Shown here one piece after another: positions 21,754 to 32,088 of a DNA stretch of 64,000 bases. Source of the DNA: Candidatus Bathyarchaeota archaeon (GTDB taxonomy: Archaea > Thermoproteota > Bathyarchaeia > 40CM-2-53-6); contig CAVPLU010000003.1 in assembly GCA_963706285.1 (NCBI GenBank), positions 96,001-160,000 on the forward strand, given 5' to 3'. The stretch's first letter is position 1, and each line of letters begins with the position of its first letter. Below the pieces are notes generated by a model. That model made no database searches, had not been told where the DNA came from, and saw nothing but the letters and a program-made list of their open reading frames with translations. Made by a program: the position numbers and the translations under genes.

Positions 21754-22553
21754 TGCAGCGCTCCCTCCTTGCGAAGGGCGTCCACCAGCTTTCCAACAGC
21801 CTCGTCCATGTCGCCCTCGAAGATCACGCCTTTTCGCTCCTGTTGCGGTGCCAAGTTGCTAACGACCTGGATCGCGGAAGCGGCTGAGCCGACTCTGGTT
21901 GAGTCGATTTCGAGATCTTTCAGAGTCCAAGACTTCAACGGCTTACGAGACGCCCGCAGTATCTGCGCCAGCGGTGCTCGTCGTGGCTTGTTGATCTCAC
22001 TGGTGACCGAGATCACCAGGGGCAATTGGGCCTTCACCACTTCGAGTGCTGCTTCAATATCTCGTACGGCGGTGATCGTATTGCCTTCGATTGAGAGCTC
22101 TCTCACATACGTTATCTGCGGAATGTTCAGTATCTCTGCGACTCTTGACCCAATCTGTCCGGAGTAGTTGTCCGCCGAACCTTCACCGACAAGTACTAGG
22201 TCAAATGGGCTGAGTTTCTCAATCGCCTTGGCAAGCGTCAAAGCTGAAGCGCTCGTGTCCGAGCCTTCACAGGCTGGGTCAACCACGATGCAGCCCTCAT
22301 CTGCACCCATGGCTAGTGCTTCTAGGATCGTGTCCTTGAGTTTGGCCGAGCCGACTGATAGTGCGGTGACCTTTGCTCCGTGCTTCTCCTTGATCCTGAT
22401 ACCTTCCTCGAGTGCATTCTTTTCCATGTCGCCGAAGAGAACAGGTAGGCCTTCGAGGACAGGCTCTCGGGTGTCTCGTTTGATCCTGATCTGCTGAAGG
22501 TCAACTACCTGTTTCATGCATACTATGATATGCAATTGACTTCGTCGTTGCAC
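21750..22553 (-). CDS. etfB: Electron transfer flavoprotein beta subunit (FixA)
   Basis: IIVCMKQV, NALEE, ALAMGAD, G...DNYSGQ, INKPR. Likely start TTG at 22535. Confidence 0.93.
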   Translation of the reverse strand: MQRRSQLHIIVCMKQVVDLQQIRIKRDTREPVLEGLPVLFGDMEKNALEEGIRIKEKHGAKVTALSVGSAKLKDTILEALAMGADEGCIVVDPACEGSDTSASALTLAKAIEKLSPFDLVLVGEGSADNYSGQIGSRVAEILNIPQITYVRELSIEGNTITAVRDIEAALEVVKAQLPLVISVTSEINKPRRAPLAQILRASRKPLKSWTLKDLEIDSTRVGSAASAIQVVSNLAPQQERKGVIFEGDMDEAVGKLVDALRKEGALQ

Positions 22554-22781
22554 ATGGGTTGTGGGTGCTATAAGATCTGCTTAGCCACATCAGTGAGAGA
22601 GTCTCATTTCTCTCTCGATTCTTCATTGCTGCCATGAGCAACTGAATGCGAGATGGTAGCGGTGCTGGGTGGTAGACCGGAGGTGAAACCGGCGAGCACT
22701 GTGGTTGCTCACCTTGGGGGAATGATCTTGTTTAGGTCTGTCCGTGTGTTTCTATTCTCATATCAACTATGAAGTCTTGAA

Positions 22782-23606
22782 CTAGGTGCGTCTGGAGTGC
22801 CTTTGCTTTCGCCAAAGAGTTCCGAGAATCAGACATCTTGCCGGACGCATCTTCAAACTGGTGGAAATCCGCCCGCGGAGAGTCGCTCTCGTCATGCGGA
22901 TTAAGGCAGCGGGTGTCGATTCTGCGCCCTCTCCCATCACGGCATGAGCGGACGAGGCAAGATCGTCTGCTAGATTCTGCCGTGTAATTCTGATCACTCT
23001 GCCTGACAAGTCTTTCAAGCCCCGATAGTCTAAGACGCCCGGCGAGCCTGCAATAGCTAGAGCAAATCCGGATGTGCCTAGACGAAGTGGCGTGACGTGA
23101 CTGTCCACGATTATGACCGACAATTCCTTGCGGAATGCTCTTGCAAGTCCATCACGAAGATTTCTCGCTGAGCGCTCAGCGTCCTTAGGCCACAGAACAA
23201 CTTGACCCTTGGGCGCATTCTTCTCGTCTACCCCTGCATTCGGGGTCAATATCCCGCCTTTGACAGTGAGCAGCGTCCCTTTCACTCCCCCGAGGACTTG
23301 GTCCGCCTCGTTGAGAACCACTTGAACAAGCTTAGGATTCATCATGAATTGTCGAGCAAGACGACGTGCTGAAGCTGAAGGTTTCACGCTGGTGACTCTC
23401 GTCAATCGCCCTTCAGAAATCGAAACAATCTTGCTTGAGACGGCGACGATATCGCCTCGTTTGACGCGGAGGCCCATCTTTCTAACTGCGCTTACGATTC
23501 TCGCTGACAGATCTTCACTCGCGACTATTCTCCCAAAAGAGAGAGGAGTCACTGTCAGCATGCGAATAGACTGGCCGCTCATATCCTGCCATCCTGGTAA
23601 TGCCAT
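22782..23606 (-). CDS. cofE: Coenzyme F420-0:L-glutamate ligase
   Basis: GDIVAVSSKIVSISEG, NAGVDEKN, DS, DLSGR, ADDLAS, MGEG. Confidence 0.88.
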   Translation of the reverse strand: MALPGWQDMSGQSIRMLTVTPLSFGRIVASEDLSARIVSAVRKMGLRVKRGDIVAVSSKIVSISEGRLTRVTSVKPSASARRLARQFMMNPKLVQVVLNEADQVLGGVKGTLLTVKGGILTPNAGVDEKNAPKGQVVLWPKDAERSARNLRDGLARAFRKELSVIIVDSHVTPLRLGTSGFALAIAGSPGVLDYRGLKDLSGRVIRITRQNLADDLASSAHAVMGEGAESTPAALIRMTRATLRGRISTSLKMRPARCLILGTLWRKQRHSRRT

Positions 23607-23942
23607 GCACTCGTTCGCTTATGAATCGGTCCGACCTGCCATGCCATGGATCACAATGAATATCGCCCATACTCGCCTCTCTGTATCACAGTGGGCGACG
23701 GAAGCCAGAGTATGAATTTGGCGCCGGAGGTGAGCGCTGTGCTGAAGTGCAAGCGCTCTTCCGATATGAGCCCAGTTTCTGGACCGGACGCTGTACGGTG
23801 GAGGCTCAGCATCATTTCTTGCATTCTATGGCAAGGCCAATACCAGTTGTTCTGAAATCATTACTGAAACGGGGAGAACTCTCGGGTGACTAGGCTTAGC
23901 GTACCTCGCAAAAGGTACAAGGTTTTCGATGATCTTCTCGTT

Positions 23943-24218
23943 TCAGCTGAATCGGTATTGTACTCCAAATCCTGCTTTTGGATAGTGCCAGCTGAGTGCT
24001 TCTTCGATACATGCGAGAACGCATGCGCCGCATTCTAAGCATCCGTCAGGATTTGGAATTACATCCCCATTTTGGTCAAGCGAGTAGACCTTTGCGGGAC
24101 AGACGAAGAGGCAGAATTTCGGCTTGCACCTCGCGCGGCAGATCTCTTGGTTAATTCTGATATGTCCTTCTTTGTCGACTTTGAACACATCGCGCCCAAG
24201 TTTCTCCTCTACCTTCAT
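23943..24218 (-). CDS. fixX: FixX ferredoxin-like protein
   Basis: HIRI, CPAKVY, CLECGAC, WHYPKAGFGVQYRF. Directly downstream of fixC. Confidence 0.92.
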   Translation of the reverse strand: MKVEEKLGRDVFKVDKEGHIRINQEICRARCKPKFCLFVCPAKVYSLDQNGDVIPNPDGCLECGACVLACIEEALSWHYPKAGFGVQYRFS

Positions 24219-24230
24219 GGTTCTACGCCT

Positions 24231-25520
24231 CTATATCTTGAGCAGATCAAACGCGTCCTTCAACGTTGACAATTTGAGGAAATGTTTTCTGATTTGCCTT
24301 ATTGCAGTCGATGAGAGTTTTTGCTTGGGCTCAGGGCCGATATACATCAGATCTGTGAGCATAGTGCTGATGGCACGGGGATACGTGTCAAACAGTCGCG
24401 GGTTGTTGAGCACCTTCCAGATGTCTCTGAAAGTGTGAAGGTCTTTCATCACAAACGAATTCTTGAGCATCGTATCATACTCTGCAAGCGAGGCTGCGGA
24501 ATAGTTCTCGCGTTTCTTCGCCGCTTTGACAGTCTCAGCTGCCATTACGCCTGACGCGATGGCCAGATCCATTCCTCTCACAATAATTCCCATGTTGAGT
24601 GCGAATCCCGCCGCATCTCCGACGAGTAGAATTCCGTCACTGTGCAAGGTGGGCACAGCCCTGATTCCCCCTTCAGGAATCGTATGAGCGGAGTATTCAA
24701 CCGTCTCTCCACCTTCAATCAAGGCTGAGACTTCCGGACGCTCCTTGAACTCCTCCATGAGCTGGTATGTCTCAAGGTGTTGCGGATTCGTCATGAGTGG
24801 ACCGATCCCGACCACGATTCCAATGGAGATGCTCTCTCGGTTAGTGTAGAGGAATCCTCCGCCAGTCATGCCTTTGGTTAGGCTTCCAAAGTAAAGCTGA
24901 GCCGCGCCCTCATCTCCATGGAGATGAAATCTGTCTTCGATAGTTTTCCTAGGCAGCTCTACGATCTCTTTCACGCCAACCGCGAAGTGTTCGGGATCGT
25001 GCTTTGAACGAAGCCCAGCCTCTCTAGCGATGAAGGACATTGCGCCGTCTGCAGCAACCACCACGTTGGCGCCGATATCTTCGCCTTCAGCCCTGATTCC
25101 TACAATCTTCCCTTCTTCGCGTAGCAGCTGTTCGACCTTGTACTTCGATATGACCGCTGCGCCGGCGGCGGATGCTTTCTCCGCAAGCCATCTGTCAAAT
25201 CTAGGCCGAATTAGTGTCTGGCTGTGATATGGTGGATTGTTGTAGATGTCTGAGCGTAATGTGAGAGTGAGCGATGAGTCATCTGACAGCATTGTCAATA
25301 GTTCGTTTGTGACGTGTCGTTCGAATGGGGCTTCATCCCAGATTTCAGGCAGGTACTGCCTGACGGGATTCATGTAGAGGCGGCCACCCGTGACGTTCTT
25401 GCTTCCGGGGTAGTCTCCTCGCTCGACAACCAGCACATCTAGGCCTGCTCTTGCAAGCGTGTATGCGCAAGAGAGCCCTGCTAGGCCCGCGCCTATGACC
25501 GCAACGTCAACACGTTCCAC
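24231..25520 (-). CDS. fixC: FixC-like ETF-linked FAD oxidoreductase
   Basis: GAGLAG, ERGDYPGSKNVTGG, GGGFLYTN, YSAHTIPEGG, VGDAAG, RGMDLAI. Confidence 0.93.
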   Translation of the reverse strand: MERVDVAVIGAGLAGLSCAYTLARAGLDVLVVERGDYPGSKNVTGGRLYMNPVRQYLPEIWDEAPFERHVTNELLTMLSDDSSLTLTLRSDIYNNPPYHSQTLIRPRFDRWLAEKASAAGAAVISKYKVEQLLREEGKIVGIRAEGEDIGANVVVAADGAMSFIAREAGLRSKHDPEHFAVGVKEIVELPRKTIEDRFHLHGDEGAAQLYFGSLTKGMTGGGFLYTNRESISIGIVVGIGPLMTNPQHLETYQLMEEFKERPEVSALIEGGETVEYSAHTIPEGGIRAVPTLHSDGILLVGDAAGFALNMGIIVRGMDLAIASGVMAAETVKAAKKRENYSAASLAEYDTMLKNSFVMKDLHTFRDIWKVLNNPRLFDTYPRAISTMLTDLMYIGPEPKQKLSSTAIRQIRKHFLKLSTLKDAFDLLKI

Positions 25521-25616
25521 GTTCAGTCTCCAGATATGCCTCGAGGATCTCAGCTATGCGTTAGCTTCGCTCAAGAAATAGACTCCAAGAAAATGGAGGA
25601 CGGAAAGTCCGCCGGA

Positions 25617-25817
25617 CTACCAGGTTCCGGTTCCTTGCGAAGAACTTGAAGAAGAGGTTCCTTCCGAAGGAGCTGGGGCGGGAGCTTCAGCAACGGGGGC
25701 CGGTTCGACCACCGGAGCCGGGGCTGGAGCGGGTTTCGGTTTGACTACGCGTTTCTTGGCCGCCTTTCTGGCTTTCTTCTTCATTGCCTTCTTAGCTTTC
25801 ATTTTCTTCTTTGGCAT
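25617..25817 (-). CDS. 66-aa Lys/Ala-rich basic protein with Pro/Ala and Ser tail (histone H1-like low complexity)
   Basis: MPKKKMKAKKAMKKKARKAAKKRVVKPKPAPAPAP...SSSSSSQGTGTW, with a GGTGA Shine-Dalgarno upstream. Confidence 0.75.
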   Translation of the reverse strand: MPKKKMKAKKAMKKKARKAAKKRVVKPKPAPAPAPVVEPAPVAEAPAPAPSEGTSSSSSSQGTGTW

Positions 25818-26040
25818 GACAAGATTCACCGAGATAATGTTGCGAGTCTGGAAACCTAATAACGCTTGTGCTATTTTGGAGGTAAGCCTGCTCTGACTGT
25901 GCGTAGATTGGTGTCAGTGCGAGGTCATTTTGGCATGTGTCAGTGTGCGGCTGACATGGGATTTCGTGGTTTCGTTGTTGCTCTTGTAATGGTGCGGGCC
26001 CGTCAATCATTCCGCTTTGCCTCACGAGTCTCTTCATAGC

Positions 26041-26223
26041 TCAATAATACAGATCTTCCAATGAACGAACATAATGAGAAAATGGTAGAGGTGACGGTTG
26101 GGGTTTCTTTGCTTGTTCGAGGCGTGGTCTCAGCAAGTCCGGGCTGGGATAGCGTCGCTCTAACTCCGACACATCGCCTTCATGGTCTTCTGAAATCCAA
26201 TGCGACTCGGTTCGGGATTTCAT
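26041..26223 (-). CDS. Hypothetical 60-aa protein
   Basis: ATG ORF divergent from the AT-rich promoter at about 26280. No recognisable motif. Confidence 0.35.
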   Translation of the reverse strand: MKSRTESHWISEDHEGDVSELERRYPSPDLLRPRLEQAKKPQPSPLPFSHYVRSLEDLYY

Positions 26224-26301
26224 GGGCGCTAGCGTAGTCTGGGCATCTCATCGCACCACTATTCTATGATCTATACATATTATATTGATAAGGCCGTGGC
26301 G

Positions 26302-26758
26302 GGATCTTCTTGTAACTCTATCACTCTCATGGGCCGCGTTGGTATGGAGTTACAGGCAGGACTATGGAACGAAGATCCAACATAGGTTCCAGATCAGATC
26401 CAAACATCAAGATCTTGATCCTGCGCGGGCATTTGGCAGGGCGCAGCCAGATTCCCACGGGTAGAAGATTGCACTTGTTGCCGTCTAGGTGGTGGACCGC
26501 TAGCATGGTGCTCGATCACATGCTCCAAAGAGGTGCCGCCTTCCGGGAAAGAGGTGCCGCTTTGAGAGTTCTCATCAACGCCGGAAAGGCGTGGGTCATG
26601 GGTGTTGATTGCCCTGATGAGAAACCACCTCTAAGCCAATGACGGTGGTTGATGGTAGCCCGGGGGAGAGTCAGGTGAGTATCGTCCGTATCTCCGGGTG
26701 TGGGTGGGCGTGCGGTTTTGTTTCGTTTGGGTCTCTTTTAGTATTGATTCTTAGGTCC
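26302..26758 (+). ncRNA. Candidate large structured non-coding RNA
   Basis: At least 10 nested helices found by eye, with G-U pairs only on the + strand. TATA-like ATTATATT at about 26279. No credible ORF. Confidence 0.6.
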
Positions 26759-26775
26759 GATGATGAGTCTATCCG

Positions 26776-27827
26776 TCACGTGTTCGATTTGCTTACTGTT
26801 AGGTTCAGTACGATTTCGGCAATGTCATTTCCGTACTCGCCTATCCTCTTCAGGCTCTCCAAGATCAGTCTCAGTGCAGAGATGTCCTCGGGGGGCAGAT
26901 TCTGTTTGTAGATCTGTTTCTCTATCTCGGATTCGAGTTTCTCTGCTTGGTCTTGCCTTGCCAAGACGCGATCCGCCATTGAGTAATCGCCTCGAAAGAG
27001 TGCCTGCGATGCTTCTTGGAACAGGAGGCTGGAGAACTCGCTCAGCTCTTTGAGGCGGGCGGCGAGCTTGGGTGTGAGGGGTTCTTGAAGCATGATGGCG
27101 TGTTCCGCGATCAGGGAAGAGTGATCGGCAACTCTCTCGACGCTCTTTGCGATCAGCCTGTAGCCAAGGCAATCACTTGGTGAGTTCAGTCCTATCTCTT
27201 TCATGAGGTGAGGATGTTCAACCGCCTGTTTCAGCAGGCGCATAAGATAGAAGCTGAATCGATCTACTTCGTCGTCGCTCTTCAAGACTTGAGCGGCCAG
27301 GTCATGTTTTGCTTCGCATAGTGCAGTGATCGAGTCTCTATGCATCTGATCTGCAATAGTAACCATTCTTCGTAGAGTGCTATCCACTGACAACTCTGGA
27401 TAGCTGAGTAATACTTGCAGGACCATCTCCGATGAAGACTCGGAAACTATCTCAGTGCCGACGAGCTTGCGTCTCACGAGCTCTCTGACGGCGTCCCTAA
27501 TCTGCGGAGAGCATTCTTGCATCCTTAGATTTGAGGACCACTGAGTTCAAGCCAATCATGTACAGTGTAATCAGTCTTCCTAGCCAGCGACTGAGGCTCC
27601 TGGTCGGATTCGACCTGGATACTTGCCTCAGTTGCTCTCTGTTTCGCGGCTGACTGCCCCGCCATCAGAAGGAGGGATCCGTCTTGCTGCGTCGACACTC
27701 GAATCAGAGATCCTTGCCGCAGACCAAGGTCTTGAACCCACTTCTTTGGCACGGAGACAATGAATGACGCTCTACCCGTCTCCTGTAGCTTCCTCATTTC
27801 GGTCTCGGAGTCGGTCACGTGTTCCAA
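26776..27827 (-). CDS. phoU: AbrB-PhoU phosphate uptake regulator (frameshift near 27525-27570)
   Basis: N-terminal RKLQETGRASFIVSVPKKW (AbrB-like) plus two PhoU repeats (DDEVDR, ERVADH, RIGEY). Confidence 0.9.
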
Positions 27828-28437
27828 AGTTTACACCTACATGATCTATGTGAAAACCGAGGCGCTCGCATATTTCACTTTCGCCAAACATATGTGCGCC
27901 AGCGAGTCCTGTCGTATGAGCTGCAATGGACAAGAGATCCGGAAACCGGTGTCCAAGGTGTTTTCGTGACTCCCTCAACGTCTACTATGAGGATAAATCG
28001 GATCTGCGTCTCGGCGCGGTTTGCAGCGTGTGCGGCCTACGAGGGTACTTCTCAAACGATAGGCTCGCGGTCATGACCGCAATCTGACTGCCGAGGACAC
28101 ACATGAGGTTCTATACACGCATCGAGAACTGCAGGTGGCGACGTGTGGAAAAAGCATGCATTCTCCATAGGCACTTCGTTCCTCAAGGCCAATTTTCAGA
28201 TCCCTCTGAACCGTCGACCTCAAGTCGTAATGCTACTCGCCAGATTCATCAGGAATACTATGGCGAACGGTATTAGGTCACGCTGGCGTGTACAGGTCAT
28301 CACCCGCAATTAGTTCGGTGCACCGATTTGCTCTAACACCAATAATGTTCGTGCACATGTGAACTATATGGCGGTATATCCATTCGCATGTTTCATGTCG
28401 GGAGCGCATATGTGTCCGCTGCGCCAGGCTTGGGAAC

Positions 28438-29395
28438 TTGATGATGAATATGAGCATGAAGAAGAACCGCACTCTCGTAATGGGTGTGGTGGCGCTTGCG
28501 ATCGTATTGGTTGCGGCTGTCAGCCGGCTACTACTACCTCGTGCCATCACAGCCGGGACCGAACGTAACGACGACTACGGCATTGCCAGCATCCATAAAC
28601 CAGAAGGGATCAGACACGCTGCTGGTTCTTGCCCAACGCTGGGCAGAGGAGTACATGAAGGCCCATCCGAACGTGCAGATAGCAGTCAGTGGCGGAGGCT
28701 CTGGAACAGGAATTGCATCACTCATCAACGGGCAGATTGACATCGCCGACTCATCCAGAGAAATGACGCAGAAGGAGAAAGATGACGCAAAAGCCAAGGG
28801 CATCAACCCAGTCGAATGGAAAGTTGCACTCGACGGCATCACCGCAATAGTGAATCCCAGTAACCCGATAACCCAACTCACAATCGAACAACTGGGACTA
28901 ATCTACAGAGGCAACGTCACAAATTGGAAAGAGCTCGGCGGACCTGACCTTAAGATCGTGACATACGGCCGCCAATCAAACTCAGGAACCTACGTGTACT
29001 GGAAGGAGAGAGTGCTCGGCAACAAGGACTACAGGGCAGACATGCAATCCCTCAACGGCAATTCTGACATCGTAGACGCAGTTTCAAGAGATAAGGCAGC
29101 CATAGGCTACGTTGGCATCGCATACGCAGAATCGAGACAGAGCGAAATCAGAATACTCGGCGTGAAGAAGGACGCGGCATCTCCAGCCGTTCAGCCAACG
29201 GCAGCAACTGTAACCGACAATACCTATCCAATCTCGCGATACTTGTACTTCTACACGAACGGAGTTCCCCAAGGAGCAGTCCGCGACTACATCAAATGGG
29301 TCTTGAGCCCTGACGGACAGTCGTGGGTCTCAAAGAACGAATACGTCCCGCTGCCGGAGGCAGTCGCCAAAGAAATGCTCAAGATGCTGGGCTAG
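28438..29395 (+). CDS. pstS: Phosphate ABC transporter substrate-binding protein (frameshift near 28520)
   Basis: KGSDT, GGGSGTG, DIADSSR, VALDG, RQSNSGT, YPISR. TM anchor is in ORF 28438. Confidence 0.94.
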
Positions 29396-29539
29396 TATAG
29401 GTGTGGGAGTCTGCTCTTGAACGCGGACCCTATCTCTCTTCCAGAGCTCTCGCAGGACATCCGGAACAGGCTCCCTCACCAGACTCGCAATCGATCGTCT
29501 TATTTCTGATCACTCATCTTTCCATGGTCGCAGCTACAC

Positions 29540-30461
29540 TTGAATGACCATCCAAGAGAGCAAGCCCTAGCAGTCGCCGGTTCGCGTAGGAGACTCCGAG
29601 AACGGTTTCTCGAGCAGATATTCTTCGTGGCTGCGTTGGCCTCTGTCCTCATAGTAGTGCTAATCTTCGTATTCCTTTTCTCGAACGGATTACAGGCCTT
29701 CAGGGATATCGACGTAATCAGTTTTCTTACAGGCACGATCTGGCAGCCAGTCTCCGAGCAGCCGAAGTATGGGCTTGTGCCAATGCTGACAGGATCCCTA
29801 CTAGTTACTGGCCTGTCAATACTATTCTCCGTACCCATCAGCATTCTCTGCGCCACATACTTGTCTCAAGTGGCAAGTCCCACATTCAGAGAGATCGTCA
29901 AGCCAATCATAGAGATGCTCGCAGCGATTCCATCAGTTGTATACGGTTTCGTCGCGCTGATTATCATCGCAGATGTCATTCAGGGCATCTTTCACAACCC
30001 AATCAGGCTCAATGCGCTGAACGCTTCAATTGTGCTCAGTCTAATGGTGGTTCCTACTATAGTCTCGATTTCGGAGGATGCGATATCATCAGTCCCAAAT
30101 GAGTACAAGGAAGCGGCACTAGCGCTTGGGGCTTCAAAGTGGGAGATGATAAGCAAAGTAGTTCTCCCATCATCACTTTCAGGCATATTCGTCGCGGTCA
30201 TGCTTGGGAGTTGGCCGTGCAATCGGAGAAACCATGGCTGTTCTGATGGCTGCTGGCAATGCTGCAGTTGTCTCACTCAATCCACTTGATTCCGTGGAGA
30301 CTATGACCGCTGTCATTGCGATAGAGATGGGAGAGGTCACGTTCAACTCGACCCATTTCTACGCCCTGTTCGCTGTCGGCGGAGTTCTGTTCCTGTTCAC
30401 ACTCGTGATCAATCTGGTAGCTCAGGTTATCGTTAGAAGATACAAGGAGTTGGGCCGATGA
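29540..30461 (+). CDS. pstC: Phosphate ABC permease (frameshift near 30210)
   Basis: LAAIPSVVYG, EAALALGA, GRAIGETMAV. Confidence 0.93.
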
Positions 30462-31328
30462 CATCCAAGAAGACTACCCAAACGATTGCGTTTCTAGTGC
30501 TTCGACTGTGCACCGCGGGGATTCTGGTAGCTGTGCTTCTGCTGATTGGATTTCTCGTCTGGAAAGGAGTCCCAGTCCTCAGTCTCCAATTCTTGATCGA
30601 GAACCCACGAGAGGGAATGACCGCTGGAGGAGTATTCCCAGCAATCGTTGGAACATTCTACCTGACTCTTCTCACGCTTCTTTTCGCTCTTCCTCTAGGC
30701 GTAGGTGCGGCGATCTATCTGTCTGAATACGCAGATCCTAGGCGAAGTAGAACACTCTACATGATTCGTACAGCCACGGTAGTCCTTGCGGGAATACCTT
30801 CCATCGTGTATGGGCTTCTCGGTCTGGGGCTCTTTGTTCTCTTCCTCAGGCTAGGCTTCAGCTTGCTCTCATCGGCATTGACCCTCTCATTTCTCACCCT
30901 GCCGGTGATTGTCTCGGCTTCAGAGGAGGCTTTGAGAACTGTTCCCATGTCCTACCGCGAAGGTGCCCTCGCACTAGGTGCGACTAGGTGGCAGGTTGTT
31001 CGCGATGCTGTTCTCCCATTTGCAGCTCCAGGAATCTTGACCGCGTGTGTGTTAGGTCTGGCCAGAGCAGCTGGCGAAACGGCTCCGATTCTGCTCACGG
31101 GTGCGGCTTACTACCTGCCTCAACTTCCAAACTCTGTTTTCCACCAGTTCATGGCGCTTCCATTTCACATATTCATACTCTCAACGCAGAGCGTTGATCC
31201 GACGACTTACTCGTCCTCTCCAGTTCGGAACAGTCCTCGTCCTGTTGTTGCTTGTACTAACGTTGAACACAGTAGCAATTGTGGTAAGGAGCCACTATAG
31301 AAGAAAATACAGAAGGGTGTCGGGATGA
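30458..31328 (+). CDS. pstA: Phosphate ABC permease (frameshift near 31200)
   Basis: GGVFPAIVGT, GIPSIVYG, EGALALGA, ARAAGETAP. Confidence 0.93.
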
Positions 31329-32086
31329 CTAAGAGCGAAGATCCAGACAAGGGGTCTAAATCTCTGGTTTGGCCGAAAACAAGTCCTAGATAACATTGAT
31401 CTTGACATTCTCGAGAACTCGGTCACCGCGATCATGGGGCCTTCGGGTTGTGGAAAGAGCACGCTGATTCGCGTGCTTAACAGAATGAATGACATTATTC
31501 TCGGATGTAGAAGTCACAGGCTCCGTATTGCTTGACGATGAGGACATCTATTCGCCATCAACAGACGTTGTCAAGCTGAGAACTCGCGTGGGAATGGTGT
31601 TTCAGAAACCTAACCCATTTCCGAAATCGGTATACGATAACGTCGCATTCGGGCCTAGGGTTCAGAGACGAACTAGCAAGGAAGAACTCGATGTCATTGT
31701 CGAGGAAAGCCTCAAGGGTGCCGCTTTGTGGGATGAAGTCAAGGACCGACTGAATGATTCAGCTCTGGATCTCTCAGGGGGACAACAGCAGCGACTATGC
31801 ATCGCAAGAGCACTGGCGGTCAAGCCGGAAGTCATCTTGATGGATGAGCCTTGCTCTGCCTTGGACCCAAGCGCAACAGCCAAGATTGAAGCAGCTGATG
31901 ACTGACCTAAAGAAGAAGTACACAGTAGTCATTGTTACTCATAATATGCAACAAGCCGCGCGGGTTTCTGACTACACGGCGTTCCTTTATGTTGGCAAGT
32001 TGATTGAGTATGACCTTACGGATGACATCTTCGAGAATCCCAAGAACAAACTCACGGAGAACTACATAACAGGGAGGTTCGGTTAG
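31325..32086 (+). CDS. pstB: Phosphate ABC ATPase (two frameshifts)
   Basis: GPSGCGKS (frame starting 31325), [34 protein letters not shown]. Confidence 0.93.
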
Positions 32087-32088
32087 AA

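Noticed and set aside
23723-23763. Hairpin CGGAG..GAGCGCT...AGCGCTC TTCCG between cofE and fixX
   Set aside because: A single GC-rich hairpin, not enough to call an RNA or terminator.
25595-25615. GGACGGAAAGTCCGCC resembling the RNase P CR-I motif GAGGAAAGUCC
   Set aside because: Imperfect match, followed by coding sequence of the basic protein, and no CR-V partner.
26538-26548. Minus-strand CCCGGAAGG similar to SRP RNA helix 8
   Set aside because: The flanking AGG/AGCA symmetric loop is absent, and the G-U pattern favours the + strand.
26612-26626. CTGATGA-GAAA, the hammerhead ribozyme core words
   Set aside because: There is no stem II between the two words, and the segment pairs perfectly with TTCTCATCA instead.
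26364-26911. ORF-track ORFs of 92 and 90 aa over the structured region
   Set aside because: Atypical composition, no motifs, and the second is antisense to phoU. Better explained as non-coding.
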